Source: the human T2T-CHM13v2.0 reference genome, Homo sapiens
Reading direction: 5' to 3' (one strand)
NCBI RefSeq assembly: GCF_009914755.1
Contig: NC_060937.1
DNA: 64,000 nt
The translations under genes and the position numbers were made by a program. The stretch's first letter is position 1; every line of letters starts with the position of its first letter. A model generated the notes under the pieces. The model saw only the letters and a program-made list of their open reading frames with translations, was not told the origin of the DNA and did not search any database. Shown here piece by piece: positions 33,066-48,183 of this stretch.

Positions 33066-33332
33066 TTTTTTTTTTTTTTTGAGACAAAGTTTTCATTCTT
33101 GGCACAATAATAGCACACTGCAACTTCGAACTCCTGAGCTCAAGTGATACACCCTTCTCAGCCTCCTAAGTAGCTGGGGCTATAGTCATGAGCCACCAAG
33201 CCTGGCTAGTTTTTTCTTTTTAGTAAAGACAGGGTCTCACTATGTTGACCGGGCTGGTCTTGAACTCCTAGCCAGAAGCAATCCTCCAGCCTTGATCTGC
33301 CAAAATTACAAGTGTGAGCCACTGTACCTTGC
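33066..33332 (-). mobile_element. AluJ with internal deletions
   Basis: ctcctgagctcaagtgat, gacagggtctcactatgttg. Confidence 0.82.
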
Positions 33333-34746
33333 TTTTAGAAAATTTTCACCCCAGAAGTTGCAATTACCTGTTTTCTATAATCTTGGCCACGATGTCTAAT
33401 GAAAAACTTTTAAATATTTGTGAAATTCTATATTTTAAAAATGTTACTTTACCAAAGTTTTGAATATTTATTTGTTGTTTCTGTGACTACATTTAAGAAA
33501 CTTTTCTATTTTTCTTACTGTAAACTTATCTAATTATATAAATTTTTCTGATTTTCAAAATAATTTTATTGGTCTTATTTTATGTTTAAGATTTATGTAT
33601 GTGATATAGATATTATATTTTATTTGTAATATTAGTTGGAAATATTTTTCCAGGTTTGTTTCTATTGATTAAAGGGTCTTTTTTTGACTTACAAATATTT
33701 TCATTTTTCTTTTTTTAAGTTGACAGATAAAATTGCATATATTTGTTGCATACAACATAATATCTTGCAGTATGTTTACATTGTGGAAAGACTAAATCTA
33801 GCTAATTAACCTATGCATTACTTCACATAGTTAGCATTTTGTGTTAAGAACATGTTATATCCACTCTCCTTGAAATTTTCAAGGATGTAATGTATTATTA
33901 ACTGTAGTCATCACATTGCACAATAAATCTCTTGACCTTATTTCTACTGCCTAACTGAAATTTTGTATCTTGTTATCAGCATCTCCCTAAATCTCTGTCC
34001 CTGCTAAACATCATGCTTTCTGACAATCACTATTCTACTCTCTACTTTAATGATATTAGCTTTTTAAAATTCCACTTCAGAGTGAGATCTTCCAGTATTT
34101 GTCTTTCTGTACCTGGCTTGTTTTATTTAACATAATGTTCTCCAAGTTTATCTATGCAGTCCTAAGTGTCAATATTTCTTTCCTTTTTGAAACTGTATAG
34201 TATTCCATTTCGTATGTACATATATCACATTTTATTTCCCCATTCACCTGTCAATGGACACAGTTTGCTTCCCTATCTTGGCTATTGTGAGTAATGAGGT
34301 AATAAACATAGGAGTGCAAATATCTCTTTGATATACTGATTTTATTTCCTTTGGTTACATACCCAGTAGTTGGATTGCCAGTTCATATGGTAGTTATATT
34401 TTTAATTTTTTTGAGGGATTTCCTCACTGTTTTTCATAATGGCTAAGCTAATTTACATTCCCACCCAAAGGATGCAAGAGCCTTTTGTTCTCCACATCCT
34501 CACCAACAGGTATCTTTTGTCCTTTTGATAATAGTCCTTCTAACAGGTGCAAAGTGATATCATGTTGTGGTTTTAATTTGTATTTCCCTGATGACTACTG
34601 ATGTGAAACATTTTTTCATGAATCTGATGGTCATCTATATGTCTTCCTTGAGAAATATATGTTAACTTCCATTGTCCACTTTTAAATTGAATTATTTGTT
34701 CGCTTGCTTTTGAGTTGCTTGAGTTCCTTTAATATTTTCAATATTA

Positions 34747-35055
34747 TTATTATTATTTTTTGAGAAAGGGTCTTGCTCTGTCACCTGGGCTTGTGTGCAG
34801 TGGTGCAATCATAGCAAACTGCAGCCTTGACTTTCTTGCCTCAAGCCATTCTCCCACTTAAACCTCCTGAGTAGCAGGGACCACAGGCCAGCGCAAGAAC
34901 ACCTGGCTAATTTATTATTAGTATTATTATTATTTTTTAGAAAAAGTGTTTCCCTATGTGACCCAGGCTGGTCTCGAACTCCTAGACTCAAGTGATTCCC
35001 CCTCCTGGGCCTACCAAAGTGCTAGGATTACAGGTGTGAGCCACCGAAGCCTGCC
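34747..35055 (-). mobile_element. AluJ inserted in the L1MA
   Basis: (ATT)n tail, J-type body; TSD aatatta on both sides. Confidence 0.88.
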
Positions 35056-35832
35056 AATATTAACCTGTTATCATACATACAATTTTCAAATATTTTCTCC
35101 ATTGTGTATACTGTTTCATCATTCTGTTGAGTATTTCCTTTGCTGTGCAGAAGCTGTTTAGTGTATTTAGACAAATAATCCCATTTGTCTGTTTTTACTT
35201 TTGTTGCCCATGCTTTGAGGATTGCATCAAAAATGTCTGCCCAGACCAAGATCACAGAGTTTTCCCTCTTGTTTTCTTCTAGTAATTTTATAGTTTCAAT
35301 TCTTACATGTCAGTCTTTCATCAATTTTGAGTTAATAATTCTTTTAGCCATTTCGAGTAAGATAAGAGCCTAATATTATTTTTCTGCATGCTGACATCAT
35401 TTTCCCCAGCACCATTTATTAAAGAGACTGTCCTTTCCACAATGTGTGTATTTGATGCCTTTGTCAAAAATAAGTTTTCTGTAAGTACATGGTGTAATTT
35501 CTGGATTCTCAATTCTATTCCATTGTGCTATGTGTCTTTTTTTATGCCATTACCGTGCTGTTTTGGTTACTATAACCCTGTAGTACATTTTGATGTCACA
35601 TACGGTAATGCCTCCAGCTTTGTCCTTTTCAATCAAGATTGCTTTGGCTATTCAGGGTTTTTTGTGGTTCCACACAAATTTTAGGATTGTTTATCTGATT
35701 CTGTGAAGAATGTCATTGGTATTTTGATGAGATTGTGTTGAATCTGTAGATCATTTCGAAAAGTATGGAAATTTTAACAGTATTTATTCTCCCAATTAAT
35801 AAACACAGAATAAGTTGCAATTTACTTGTGCC

Positions 35833-36189
35833 TTTTTTTTTTTAACATTTCAATAGTTTTGGGGGAACAGGTGGTGCTTGGTTACATGGATAAGTTCTTT
35901 AGTGGTGATTTGAGAGAATTTGGTGCAACTATCACCCAAGCAGTGTACACTGTACCCAATGTGTAGTCTTTTATCCTTCACCTCCTTCCACCCTTCCCCC
36001 AAATCCCCAAAGACTATTGTATCATTTTTACCTTTGCATCCTCATAGCTTAGCTCCCACTTATAAGTGAGAACATATGACGTTTTGTTTTCCATTTCCGA
36101 GTTACTTCATTAGAATAATGGTCTGCAACTCCATCCGGGTTGCTGGGAATGCCATTATTTTGTTCCCTTTTATAGCTGAATAGTTTTCC

Positions 36190-36236
<47 letters not shown>

Positions 36237-36962
36237 ATGATATATATATGGCATATATATATATATGCCATTTTTTTATCCACTCATTGATTGATGGGCA
36301 TGTGGGCTGGTTTCATATTTTTGCAATTGTGAATTGTGCAACATGTGAAAATGTGTGTGCAAGTGTCTTTTTCATATAATGACTTCTTTTCCTCTGGGTA
36401 GATAACCAGTAGTGGAATTGCTGGATCAAATGGTAGATCTACTTTTAGTTCTTTTAGGAATCTCCATACTGTTTTCCATAATGGTTGTACTAATTTACAT
36501 TCCTACCAGCAGTGTAAAAATGCTCCCATTTCACCATATCCATGCCAACATCTGTTATTATTATTATTTTTTAATTATGGCCACTCTTGCAGGAGTAAGG
36601 TTTTGTGGTTTTGATTTGCATTTGATTTTGATTTGCATTTCCCTAATCATTAGTGATGTTGAGCATTTTTTCATATATTTCTTGGTCATTTGTGTATCTT
36701 CTTTTGAGAACTGTCTATTCAGGTCCTTAGCCCACTTTTTGATGGGATTATTTGGATTTTTCTTGCTGATTTGTTTTGAGTTTCTTGTAGATTCTGGATA
36801 TTAGTCCTTTGTTGGATGCATAGTTTGCAAAAATGTTCTCCTACTCTGTGGGTTGTCTGTTGACTCTGCTCATTATTTCTTTTGCTGTGCAGAAGCTTTT
36901 TAGTTTAATTAAGTCCCTTTGTTTTTGTTGCATTTGCTTTGGGTTCTTGGTCATGAACTCTT
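35833..36962 (-). mobile_element. 5'-truncated L1PB1-like element inserted in the L1MA; contains (TA)n at ~36192-36266
   Basis: ttttgggggaacaggtggtg...ggttacatggataagttctttagtggtgat resembles the L1PB1 3' end; TSD ttgtg(c/t)cttt. Confidence 0.85.
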
Positions 36963-37243
36963 TGTGTCTTTAACTTTTCCTCAATGTTTTACAGTTTTCA
37001 GCATAGAGAACTTTCCACTTCCTTCATTAAATTTATGCCTATGTATTTTATTTTTTGTAGATTTTGTAAATGGCATTTTTTTTCTTTTTCAGGTAGTTTA
37101 CTACTAGTGTATTAAAATGCTACTGATTTTTGTACGATAATTTGTATCCTGAAAATTTACCAAATGTGTTTACTAGTTCTACCAGCTTTTTAGTGGAATC
37201 CTTTAAGTGTTTCTGTATATAAAAGACCATGTTGTCTACAAAC

Positions 37244-38325
37244 TGTTGTGGGAAGTCAGGGACCCCAAACGGAGGGACCAACTGAAGCCACAGTAGAAGA
37301 ACATAAATTGTGAAGATTTCATGGACATTTATTAAGTCCCCAAATTAATACTTTTATAATTTCTTACTCCTGTCTTTATTGCAATCTCTGAATATAAATT
37401 GTGAAGATTTCATGGACATTTATCACTTCCCCAGTACTCTTATAATTTCCTATGCCTGTCTTTACTTTAATCTCTTAATCCTGTCATCTTCGTAAGCTAA
37501 GGATGTATGTCACCTCAGGACCCTGTGATGATTGTGTTATATGTGCAAATTGTTTGTAAAACATGTGTCTTTGAACAATATGCAATCTGGGCATCCTAAA
37601 AGAATAGGATAACAGCGATTTTCAGGGAACAAGGGAGATAGCCATAAGGTCTGACTGCCTGTGGGGCTGGGCAGAACAGAGGCATATTTCTCTTCTTGCA
37701 AAAGCAAATAGGAGAAATATCACTGAATTCTTTTTTTCAGCAAGGAGCAGCCCTGGGAAAAGAATGCATTCCCAGGAGGAGGTCTCTAAAATGGCCGCTC
37801 TGGGAGTAGCTGTCTTATGCAGTTGTAAATAAGGGATGAAATATGCCCTGGTCTCCTGCAGTGCCCGCAGGCTTGCTAGGATTGGGAAATTCCAGCCTGG
37901 CAAAATTCTAGTCAGATCGGTTGTCTGCCCTTGAACCCTGTTTCCTGTTAAGATATTTATCAATGACAATGCATGCACAGCAGGACATGGAACCTCATTA
38001 GTAATTTTAATTTCGCCCTGGCCTTGTGATCTCGCTCTGCCCCTATTTGCCTTGTGATATTTTATTGCCTTTGAAGCATGTGATCTCTGTGACCCACACA
38101 CTATTTGTACACTCCTTCCCCTTTGAAAATTGCTAATAAAAACTTGCTGCTTTTTTGGCTCAGGTGGGCATCACGGAACCTGCCAATATGTGATGTCACC
38201 CCTGCAGACACAGCTGTAAAATTTATCTCTTTTGTACTCTTTCTCTTTATTTCTCAGACCGGCTGACATTTATGGAAAATAGAAAAGAACCTATGTTGAA
38301 ATACTGGGGGCTGGTTCCCCTGATA
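37244..38325 (+). mobile_element. MER11 (B/C-like) solo LTR of HERV-K11/HML-8, 1082 bp
   Basis: Start tgttgtgggaagtcagggacccc; internal repeat ataaattgtgaagatttcatggacatttat x2; end ggttcccctgata; exact 6-bp TSD ACAAAC at 37238-37243 and 38326-38331. Confidence 0.93.
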
Positions 38326-38439
38326 ACAAACAAATTCAATTTAACTTCTTTATTTCTAATTTGCTTGCCTTTTATTTCTTTCCTTTGCCTGGTTTCTCTA
38401 TGACATAAGAGTACTATACTAAATAAAAATGGCAAGACT

Positions 38440-38740
<301 letters not shown>

Positions 38741-39290
38741 ATTGGCAAGAGTGAGCATGCATGTCCCTTTCCTGATCTTAGAGGAAAAGCTTTAACTTTC
38801 TCACCCCTTGAGTATGATGTTACATTTCATTTTTCCATATATGACTTTTATTGTGTTAAGGTACATTCTTTTTGTACCTAATTTGTGGAAGACTTTTCTC
38901 ATGCAAGGATATTAAATTTTGTCAAATTATTTATTTGCATCTATTGAAGTAATCCTATGTCCTTTAATTTGTTAAATGTATTTACATTTATGTATTTACA
39001 CATGGTGAATGATGCTTGTGTCTCTGGAATGAATCCTACTGGATTGTGGCAAATGATCTTTTTAATGTGGTGTTGAATTTGCTTTGCTAGTATTTTGTTT
39101 ATGATTTTTGCATCTATGTTCATCATGGATATAGGCCTGTAATTAATTTATTTCCTAAATTGTGTCTTTAAGTGGCTTTGGTATCCGGGTAATGCTGGCC
39201 TCATAAAATTAGTTCAGAAGGGCTCTTCTTTGATTTTTTGCAACAGTTTGAGAAGACTTGATATTAGTTCCTTTTTAAATAGTAGAATTC

Positions 39291-39590
<300 letters not shown>

Positions 39591-41351
39591 TCAGCAATGA
39601 AGCCATCTGGTGCTGGATTTTTCTTTTTTAAAAATTATGTGTTTAGTCTTCTTACTTGATATTGGTCTGTTCAGATTTTTTATTTCATTTTAAATCAGTT
39701 TTGGTAGAGAGTATATTTCTAGGAATTTATTCACCTCTATATGATCCAATTTTTGGCACATAATAGCTTACAATAGCTTCTTCTGAACCTTTGTATTACT
39801 GTGATATCAGTTGTAATATCTTCTTTTTCATTTCATTTATTATAGTCTGCTTTTTTTCCTTAGTCTTACTAGAGATTCGTCAATTTTATTTATTTTTCTA
39901 TGATTTTTCTAGTCTCTACATCATTTATTTCTACCTTGATCTTTAGTATTTCCCTCCTTTGGGTTTTATTTTCTTGTTTTTCTAGTTTCTCGAAGTGCAC
40001 AATGAAGCAGTTTGAGATATTTAATTATTTAACGTAGGCAGTTATTGCCTACAGATTCTCAGATTGCTTTTGCTATATCCCACGGCTTTTGGTATGCTGT
40101 GTTTTCATTTTTCTTTGAAAAATATTTTAATTTATTAATTGATCCATTGGTTTTTCAAAAGCATATTGTTTAATTTCCATGTATTATAAATTTTCTGAAA
40201 TTTCTCCTGTTAATAATTTCTTCTTTTATTCCATTGTGGTCAGAAAGGACATTTGATATAATTTCAAACTTCTTAAATTTCCTAAGTCCTGTTTTGCAGC
40301 CAAACATTTCATCTATCCCAGAGAATGTTTAATGTGTACTTGGAAAATATGTATATTTTGCAGCTGTGGATAAAGTGGAGTGTAATTTAAGTACTATGTT
40401 TCTTTATAGGATTTGTCTGAATGATCAGCCCACTGTTGAAAGTGGGCTGAAAGTCTCTGCTATTATTGTATTGCAGTTGTCTCTACCTTTAGATCCATTA
40501 ATAATTGATTTAAATATATTTAGGTGCTCCAATATTGGCTGCATATATACTTAACAATTGTTATATCCTCTTGCTGAATTGAGTTACTTATAATTATATA
40601 ATGGCCTTCTTTGTCTCTTTTTAAAGTTTTTAAAACTTAAAATCTATTTTAGTTTATGTAAGTATAGCTATTTCTGCTGTCTTTTGCTTCTTATTTCTGT
40701 GCAATTTTTTTCTGGCCTTTTGCTTTCAGTCTATGTGTATCCTTACAAGTGAAGTGAGTACCTTGTAAGACGTATATAATGGGGTCTTAGTTTTTAGTCC
40801 TTTCAAACAGCCTGTCTTTTGATTGAAGAATTTAATCCATTTAGATTCAAGGTAATCATTGATAGGTAACAACTCACTACTACCGTTTTGTTAATTGTTG
40901 TCTAGCTGTTCTGTACATTCTTTTCTTCCTTTTTTGCTGACTTCCCTTGTGGTTAAGTGATTTCCTCTAGTAGTAAGTTTTGACTATTTGCTTTTGTGTG
41001 TGTGTGTATCTACCATAGGCTTTTGTTTTTGTTGTTGCCTTCAGTCTTACGAGAAACATCTTTTAATAGGTTATTTTTGACTGACAACTTAACTTTGATT
41101 GCAAAATCAAACAAAACAAAAGAAATTTACACTTTTATCTTACTTCCACCCCCATATTTTGAATTTTTGTGTCACAATTTACATCTTTTTATATTGCATC
41201 TTCATTAACAGGTTATTGTGGCAAACATTATTTTACTGGCTTTGTCTTTTAACCTTTGTACTAAAAAGACAAGCTATTTACACACTCTCATTACACTATT
41301 ATAGTATTTTTAATTTGACTGTGTACTTATTTTTACTAGTGAGTTTTACAC

Positions 41352-41570
41352 TTTTTTTTTTCAATCTATTTACTAAGTTTTTTTGCCAAGGTTAAGGAGT
41401 GCCTGGGAGGCAGGTCTATTCCTTCCTTCAAAGATAATTTGCAGGGCTTCAATATTTAAGGGGAAAAGGGCAGATATTGGGAAAGTGGGATAAATTTTTA
41501 AAAGGTGTGGGGAGATAAGAGACAAACATTGCGTTCTTCTGAGTCTTTGATCAGCCTTTCACTGAAATAC
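41352..41570 (-). mobile_element. MER4-group LTR fragment with a terminal poly(A) (poly-T on the plus strand), inserted in the L1MA
   Basis: ttttgccaaggttaagga...gggcttcaatatttaag...tgagtctttgatcagcctttcactgaa resembles reverse-strand MER4A/B. Host L1 text resumes at catgtgtttgtgttactc. Confidence 0.7.
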
Positions 41571-44229
41571 CATGTGTTTGTGTTACTCATCATTGTTCTT
41601 TCATTTCAGCTTGAAGAATTCCCTTTAGCATTTCTTGTGTGATAGGTTTAGTGGTGATGAACAGAAAAGTATTTGTCTATTCTTCATATCTCTAGGAAAG
41701 CTTTGCTAATTATAGGTTCTTTTTTTCTTTCTTTTTCTTTCCTTCAACACTTTGAATACCTCACCCAGTCTTTCCCGCCCTATAAGGTTTCTGTTGAAGA
41801 GTCAGCTGTTAGTTGTATTGTAATTCTTCTGTGTATTATTTCCTTATTTTCTCTTGATACCTTCAGCATCCTCTTTGTCTGATGTCTGACTGAATATCCT
41901 ATGTCTTAAGCTAGTCTTATTTGGATTGATTCTATTTGGAGATCTTTGACATTCATGTTCCTGGATATTTACACCTTTTTGGAGGTTTGAAGAATTATAT
42001 GCTACTATTTATTTAAATAAGCTTTTATTTCTTTATCTTTCCCTTCTACTTTTTCTACTCTAATGACTTGAATATTTGCTTTCTCAATGCTGTTCCATAA
42101 ATCCTGTAAGCTTTCTTTCTTCAAGGTCTTTTCACTTTTTTTCTCATCTGTCAATATATTTTCAAATAACGTGTCTTCAGTTTTATATAGTCTTTCTGCT
42201 TGATAAGTTCTGCTTTTGATGCTGTCTGTTGCATTTTTCATTTATCACATTGCATTTTTTATATTTGGGATTTCTGTTTTTTAATTAATTATATATATTT
42301 TTTTCATTTTGTTGAATTGTTTTTCTGTATGTTATTAAAATATGCTGAGCTTCCTTAAAACAGTTATTTTGAATTATTTGTCAGGCATTCCTATGTCTCC
42401 ATTTGGAGATTTTTTGTTTGGTCATAACATGTTTTCCTGAATATTTTTGACCCTTGTGATTATGAGTTAATGTCTGCATATTTGAAGATGTAGGTACTTA
42501 TTCAAGTATTCAGCAATGCTTGTCTGGAAAATCCTCGTAGTAGTCACTGTACTGGGGTCACCAGAATCCCAAGATGGGTGCAGCACATCACAGGCATATG
42601 CCTGAAACCAGGGGTTGCTGAAGCCTACTGCTGCTAAAAGAGTCTGGGGCCACTGACATTGTCTCAGTAGTGGTGTGGGCCAGAGATCAAGTTTGCCATT
42701 GTAAGCCTGAAGCCTAAGCCCGTGCGGTCCTACCTGCTGCTAGAGGCGGTCTATAGGTTCCATCTATGGAACTTACTTGGAATATGAGGCCATGGGAGTT
42801 GCTCAGTGCAGGGTTTTACTGCAGTGGTCCAAGGAAAAGTTATGTGCTCACTTCCCTGTCTTCTCCTCAAGCAAAGTGTATTTCTCTCCACTCTGTGTTG
42901 CCTAGAGTTGAGGAAGGGATGTTTGGGTACTGTAAAACTGAATGTAAACTGAATGTAAAACTGTCCTTTCTGTTTTCTCAAATGTATATTTTTGTTATTA
43001 CTGTGCTACAATCAGGTACTATAATCTTTTATCTGATTTCCTTGGCTTTTATGAAGGTATTTTTTGTACATGAATAGTTTTCAAATTGATGTTTTAGCAG
43101 CAGGGACAATTGCTTTAGACTCCTATTCCATCATTTTGCTCCATTTCTCTCATAAAGTTACTTTTTTTTGAGAATTTAAAAAAATATAGTTGAACTTGTC
43201 TTTCCTTTTTAAGTAGATTTTTGAAAACTGTTGAGGATTTTTAAACTTGCCTCATGCAAATATTGTAACAAATGCGTCCATGTTTTCTTAAAAAATTTGT
43301 TAGCTTTATTATTTACATATCTAATTATTGGGAATTTATGCAAGTGTACAGAATAAGGTATAGACCCACTTCTATCTTTTATCTAAATTTTCAGTTTGTG
43401 ATAATCTTAATTTTTAAACTTAATATTTCCCAATTAATATGAGATATAATATGTATAATATTCAGTACTTTTCAAATTTTTGCTATAATTCTATTTGTTT
43501 TCTTCCATAGCCATCAACGAATTCCACAAAGTTTGAATCTTGGGGACTTAAAGTAATTTTTAATATTTGAGTTTACCCCCACTACTACCCCTCATTACTT
43601 TTTCTTTTCAATATATAACTAAATTCCTTTACTTGTTTAGTATTCTTATGCATTTTAAAATAATCTTTTCTAGCTCTGTATAATGTTTGTCTATGTTTAT
43701 GTTTGAATATAAAATTTTTATTGACCCTAAGGTTAATTAACATCTTTAGAACGGTGAGTGTTTATGAAAGACCACTTATGAAAGTTTACTTTTGGTCTAA
43801 CTATGAAGTGGTTAGGTTTTCCTTAGTTTGTGCACATTTCCTGCTAAGTTAGACCAAAAGTTCATCTTCACTTTTTTATTTTTAAAAGTAGGGTGTTATT
43901 ATCTGTGTGTCATTAATTCATACATTTAATTTTAAGTCTTCCTATTTATCTCAATTATATTGTTGTTTTCAGTCATTTATTCACGTATTTTGGGGCCCCC
44001 TTCCTGGAAAATTCAATTTGATTATTGTCACAGAGTTTCATAACTTTTCATCCAATCATTATCTCTTTAAATACCTTCATCTAGTTGCACTGGCTAAAAT
44101 TCCCGATGCCACTTCAAATAGTAGTTGCACAAAAAAAGCATTTACTATAGTGCTGCAGCTGTTGAAGACTTTCAACATCCATTTTGAGAAGTATTAGCAC
44201 CATCTGAACTATTTTATTATTCGTTTTAT

Positions 44230-45640
44230 TTTTTACAAATTATTCAGCCTCATCTCCTATCTTTATTTCTTCTAGCATTTCCAACGTTTGTACACAATTC
44301 CTTATCTTTCTGATATTCACTCTGTGTCTTCAAAGTGTGATTTTTTTTGTCTTTTAGTATGCCTTGCATTTTGTTTTGTTATTGTTTTTCAAAGCTAGAC
44401 ATAATATAGTGGCATAAATAAACCGAGGCACATAGGCTTTTACTTTGTGGTTTGGTTTACCTGGCTAGATGTTACGCTGTGTCTACTGTTTTCTCCAGTT
44501 ATTATGTAAGAGGCTAACATTTCCTGTGGTGTTTTTGTTTTGTTTCTTTTGGCTTTGGGTGTTTCTAGTGAATTCTTACATAAGGTCAGAGATGTGCAGT
44601 TCTTTCTATAGTGTCATCTTGTTACCATACAGGAGCTTCTAAGATGTGAGGGGAGAAGGAAGTATTCTGTAATCCTATGATTTGTTCTCAGTCTTTTAGT
44701 GAGTTAGTGCTTTGGGTTTTAACTTTCGCACATGTTTCTCAGTTTATCTGTTTGTTTTTCACCTTAGGTGAGTTAGCAAAGCTAGAAGAGACTGGGATTG
44801 GGTATTTCCCTTACACCAGGTCAGTTGGGGTCTAGTGAAATAGTTTTTCTTGAGGGCAAGCCTTGTTCAGAAGAATAGAATACCCTGGGTGTATTTCAAA
44901 ATGGCTACCTTTTCCATCCTCCTGCTAGAAGCAAACGGTATTTTTCTCCACACTGTGAGATTCTGGTAGAGCTACTGAAGGTCAAACTCACAATATGGTG
45001 GAGACAACTTTAAGGCTGAGATTATTCTGGGGATTTTTAACTGTCAATCTTGTTCACTCGGGGCCACCAGCAATTCATCAATTCAGTTTAGATGTTTTTA
45101 CCCTGGTATTAGTTTCTGTGGAGTTTTTTGCTCTAGCGAGTTTTTTTTTTTTTTATTTATTTCCCCGTCTCTCTCTTCAATTTTCAGAGTCCATTTTGCC
45201 TATGACCTCAATTCTGTGATGAATTTACAAAGAATTGTTGATTTTCAGTTTGTTTAGCATTTTTCTTTATTTTCCTTTTTTTATTCAGATGGGGTCTCAC
45301 TCTGTCACCCAGACTGGAGTGCAGTGGCACCATCATGGCTCACTGCAGCCTCGACCTCCCAGAGTCAGGCGACCCTCCCACCTCAGCCTCCTGGGTAAGT
45401 GTGACTGCAGGTGCATGCCACCATGCCTGGCTAATTTTTTGTATTTTGTGTAGAGATGGCATTAGGCCATATGCCCAAGCTCATCTTGAACACTGGGCTC
45501 AAGCTATCCACCAGCTTCAGCCTCCCAAAGTTGGGATTATAAGTGTGAGCCACCACGCCTGGCCTAGTATTTTTCTAATGTGGATGAGAGGAACAACTTG
45601 TAACTTCCTTCTATGCCATGCTAGAAACTAAAAGTGCCCC
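44230..45640 (-). mobile_element. Old L1M (L1M4/MC-type) 5'-region fragment
   Basis: gtattctgtaatcctatgatt...tctcagtcttttagtgag, gtatttcaaaatggctac, cctatgacctcaattct...aagaattgttgattttcagtttgt resemble recalled L1M 5' UTR sequence. Confidence 0.5.
45267..45564 (-). mobile_element. AluJ
   Basis: J-type body; TSD tag(c/t)atttttct at 45255-45266 and 45565-45576. Confidence 0.9.
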
Positions 45641-46529
45641 TGTAATTCTATGTGTGTAATTTGCTTTATTTGAAATATCTAGAGTGATCTCTTTTCCATA
45701 AACTAAACTACACATTATAAAAATTAATAGAGGATCATCATATTATCTAAAATTACGGTAATATCAACCTGAAAAAAATATAAATTACAAATATTTAAAA
45801 GTGATTCTTTCAGAGAAGGGGCTTTAAGAGGAGGGACGTTTAATAGTTTTCTAGTGTATTTTATTTTATTTGTATTGTGTTCAATGTTATGCTTCACAGT
45901 TCTAAAGAAAATCATTCAAGAAGTCATGAAATGGAGGGGGAAAAGAAGACGATAAATTACAGGAAGGAAAAAAATCAAGAAAAGAGAGAGAATATAAGGG
46001 GTAAAACTGGATAGAAACTATCGGTGCTGTTAATTAACAGGTCAATGGTACTTTTCATTAGAAAAAATTCAAAATGAAGTTAGGGGACCATTCTAATACA
46101 GTACGATATCAAGAAGTAAGGGAAGGATAGACATATATGCTGTATATTTAAACCACATATTCATTTTATTTGAAAGGCCAGAGGGAAATAATACAATATA
46201 TAAAGGCGTACTGGATCAAAAGGAAGTTTTAGTAGTGATTTTGTTTAAAATAAATCATTGTTTTGTTTAAAATGGAATCAAAGGCTGAGCGTTAGACGAG
46301 TGATTGATAGCAGGAGAGAGAGATTAGACATTTGATAATGCATTCTCCTGTAGGATATGAAGAAAGTTGGATTTGAAAGCACCAGTATTTTAAAAAATGA
46401 TGCTATTAAACTGTTTTCCCTCCTGGGAAAAGTTTAGGTGTCTGTTATAAAGGACACCTTTTCCTTTGGGCAAAGTAACTAAAGCAAAGAGATAGGATTG
46501 CAAACCAGGCAACTGAAAATATGGGGGAT

Positions 46530-46660
46530 GGTGCCTCCTCCATTTTTATACATATAACCTTGGAAAGTCCTTTAGTGCTCTCTGTGTTACTTACCTCATC
46601 AGTAATATAAATATAATAGGGATTTGGGGAAGCTTAGTGAGATAATGTCTCCAATGTGGA
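46530..46660 (+). mobile_element. MIR core fragment
   Basis: taaccttggaaagtc...ctctctgtg...cctcatcagtaa...tgagataatg. Confidence 0.55.
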
Positions 46661-47093
46661 TTTAGAAATAAATTAGAGAAATTAGTTTCTTGTGTGTACA
46701 GCCACTGGCAAGAGTGATAAAGTGAACATTTGCAGCAGGTGCTGTGTCAGAGGACCTTTCAACCAGGAAAACACATTCACACCTTTGAGCCTGTGAATAA
46801 GCCGACATGAAACATTCGTTTATGGCGTTTAAATGAAGTCTAAATTTGCTATTTAGACATTGTTAGCAAACTCAGAATTCTTACATGAAAATAGTACTCT
46901 GGGATTAATTTATATTTATTAATACAAATCTCAAGTTCTACCCTGTAAACCAGGACAAATAATGAGCACATTTTCAGTTTCTACAGCTATCATCCGGAAA
47001 TCTCATTTAACTTCAAAATAAGCAGTCAAAAGGGAATTTTTGGGCATAATGTTTTAAAGCAGAAATTTTATCAAAAGCAACATTTTAACATAA

Positions 47094-47425
<332 letters not shown>

Positions 47426-47779
47426 CACCCGAAAATTTTTGTCTGAAGAATATATTTCTTAAAACTTTGTTTTGCAATCATGTTCTATTTGAAATGTCTC
47501 TTAATTTGAACTGTATTTGTTCAAGGCAATTTTATTTTGTTTTAATCAGAATACTCTCCCTCCTGTGACAATCAACATTCAAGAGGGATTTGTTTGTGCT
47601 TCCATTTCTCTCAGCTTCCCATTCTGTCATTGCCTCACCACTTCCTAATCCCTGGGCAAAGCAGAGAAGCATCTCCTATTTAGAAAGGAGAATCATAATG
47701 GAATAAAGTCAGCAAGTATAATTTTTGACAGGTAGTGAAATAAAACAGACAAAAACCACATAATAGCAGTTTATTAGTA

Positions 47780-48183
47780 GAAAAGACAACATTGTCTTTA
47801 GTAAACTATCATTTTCTTTCTGTGCTCAAAGGAAGACTACATTTCTCTGGTACTTTGTGTCCATGTGGGGTCATGGGCTTACTCCTGGCCAAAGGAAATT
47901 AAGTGACAGTGTTGTAATCGCTTCCAGGCCAGGCAAATAAAACATGTTCAGTGTATGATTCTTCTCCTTCTTCGTCTTCCATAGCAACACCGATGGCCTT
48001 CTATTGAGAATAATGAGTCCAGGAGAGAGAGACTCAGGTCTGAGAAATTAAGTACAGTACAATAGATTTTAAATATAGCCCTTCTTAGCTCACTAATTTG
48101 GACTCTGATGTTAGCAGTGAATTTTCATTATGTTCAACTACAAAAAATTCACATACTGGTTACTGTAGGATAGCCTAGTTACA
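47780..48183 (+). mobile_element. Old MLT1 (I/J-like) LTR
   Basis: gactacatttctc...ggggtcatg...ctggccaaaggaa...cttccaggcc; diverged. Confidence 0.5.

Noticed and set aside
37300-37470. Direct repeat ataaattgtgaagatttcatggacatttat x2
   Set aside because: As I recall it, an intrinsic feature of the MER11 LTR consensus rather than locus-specific.
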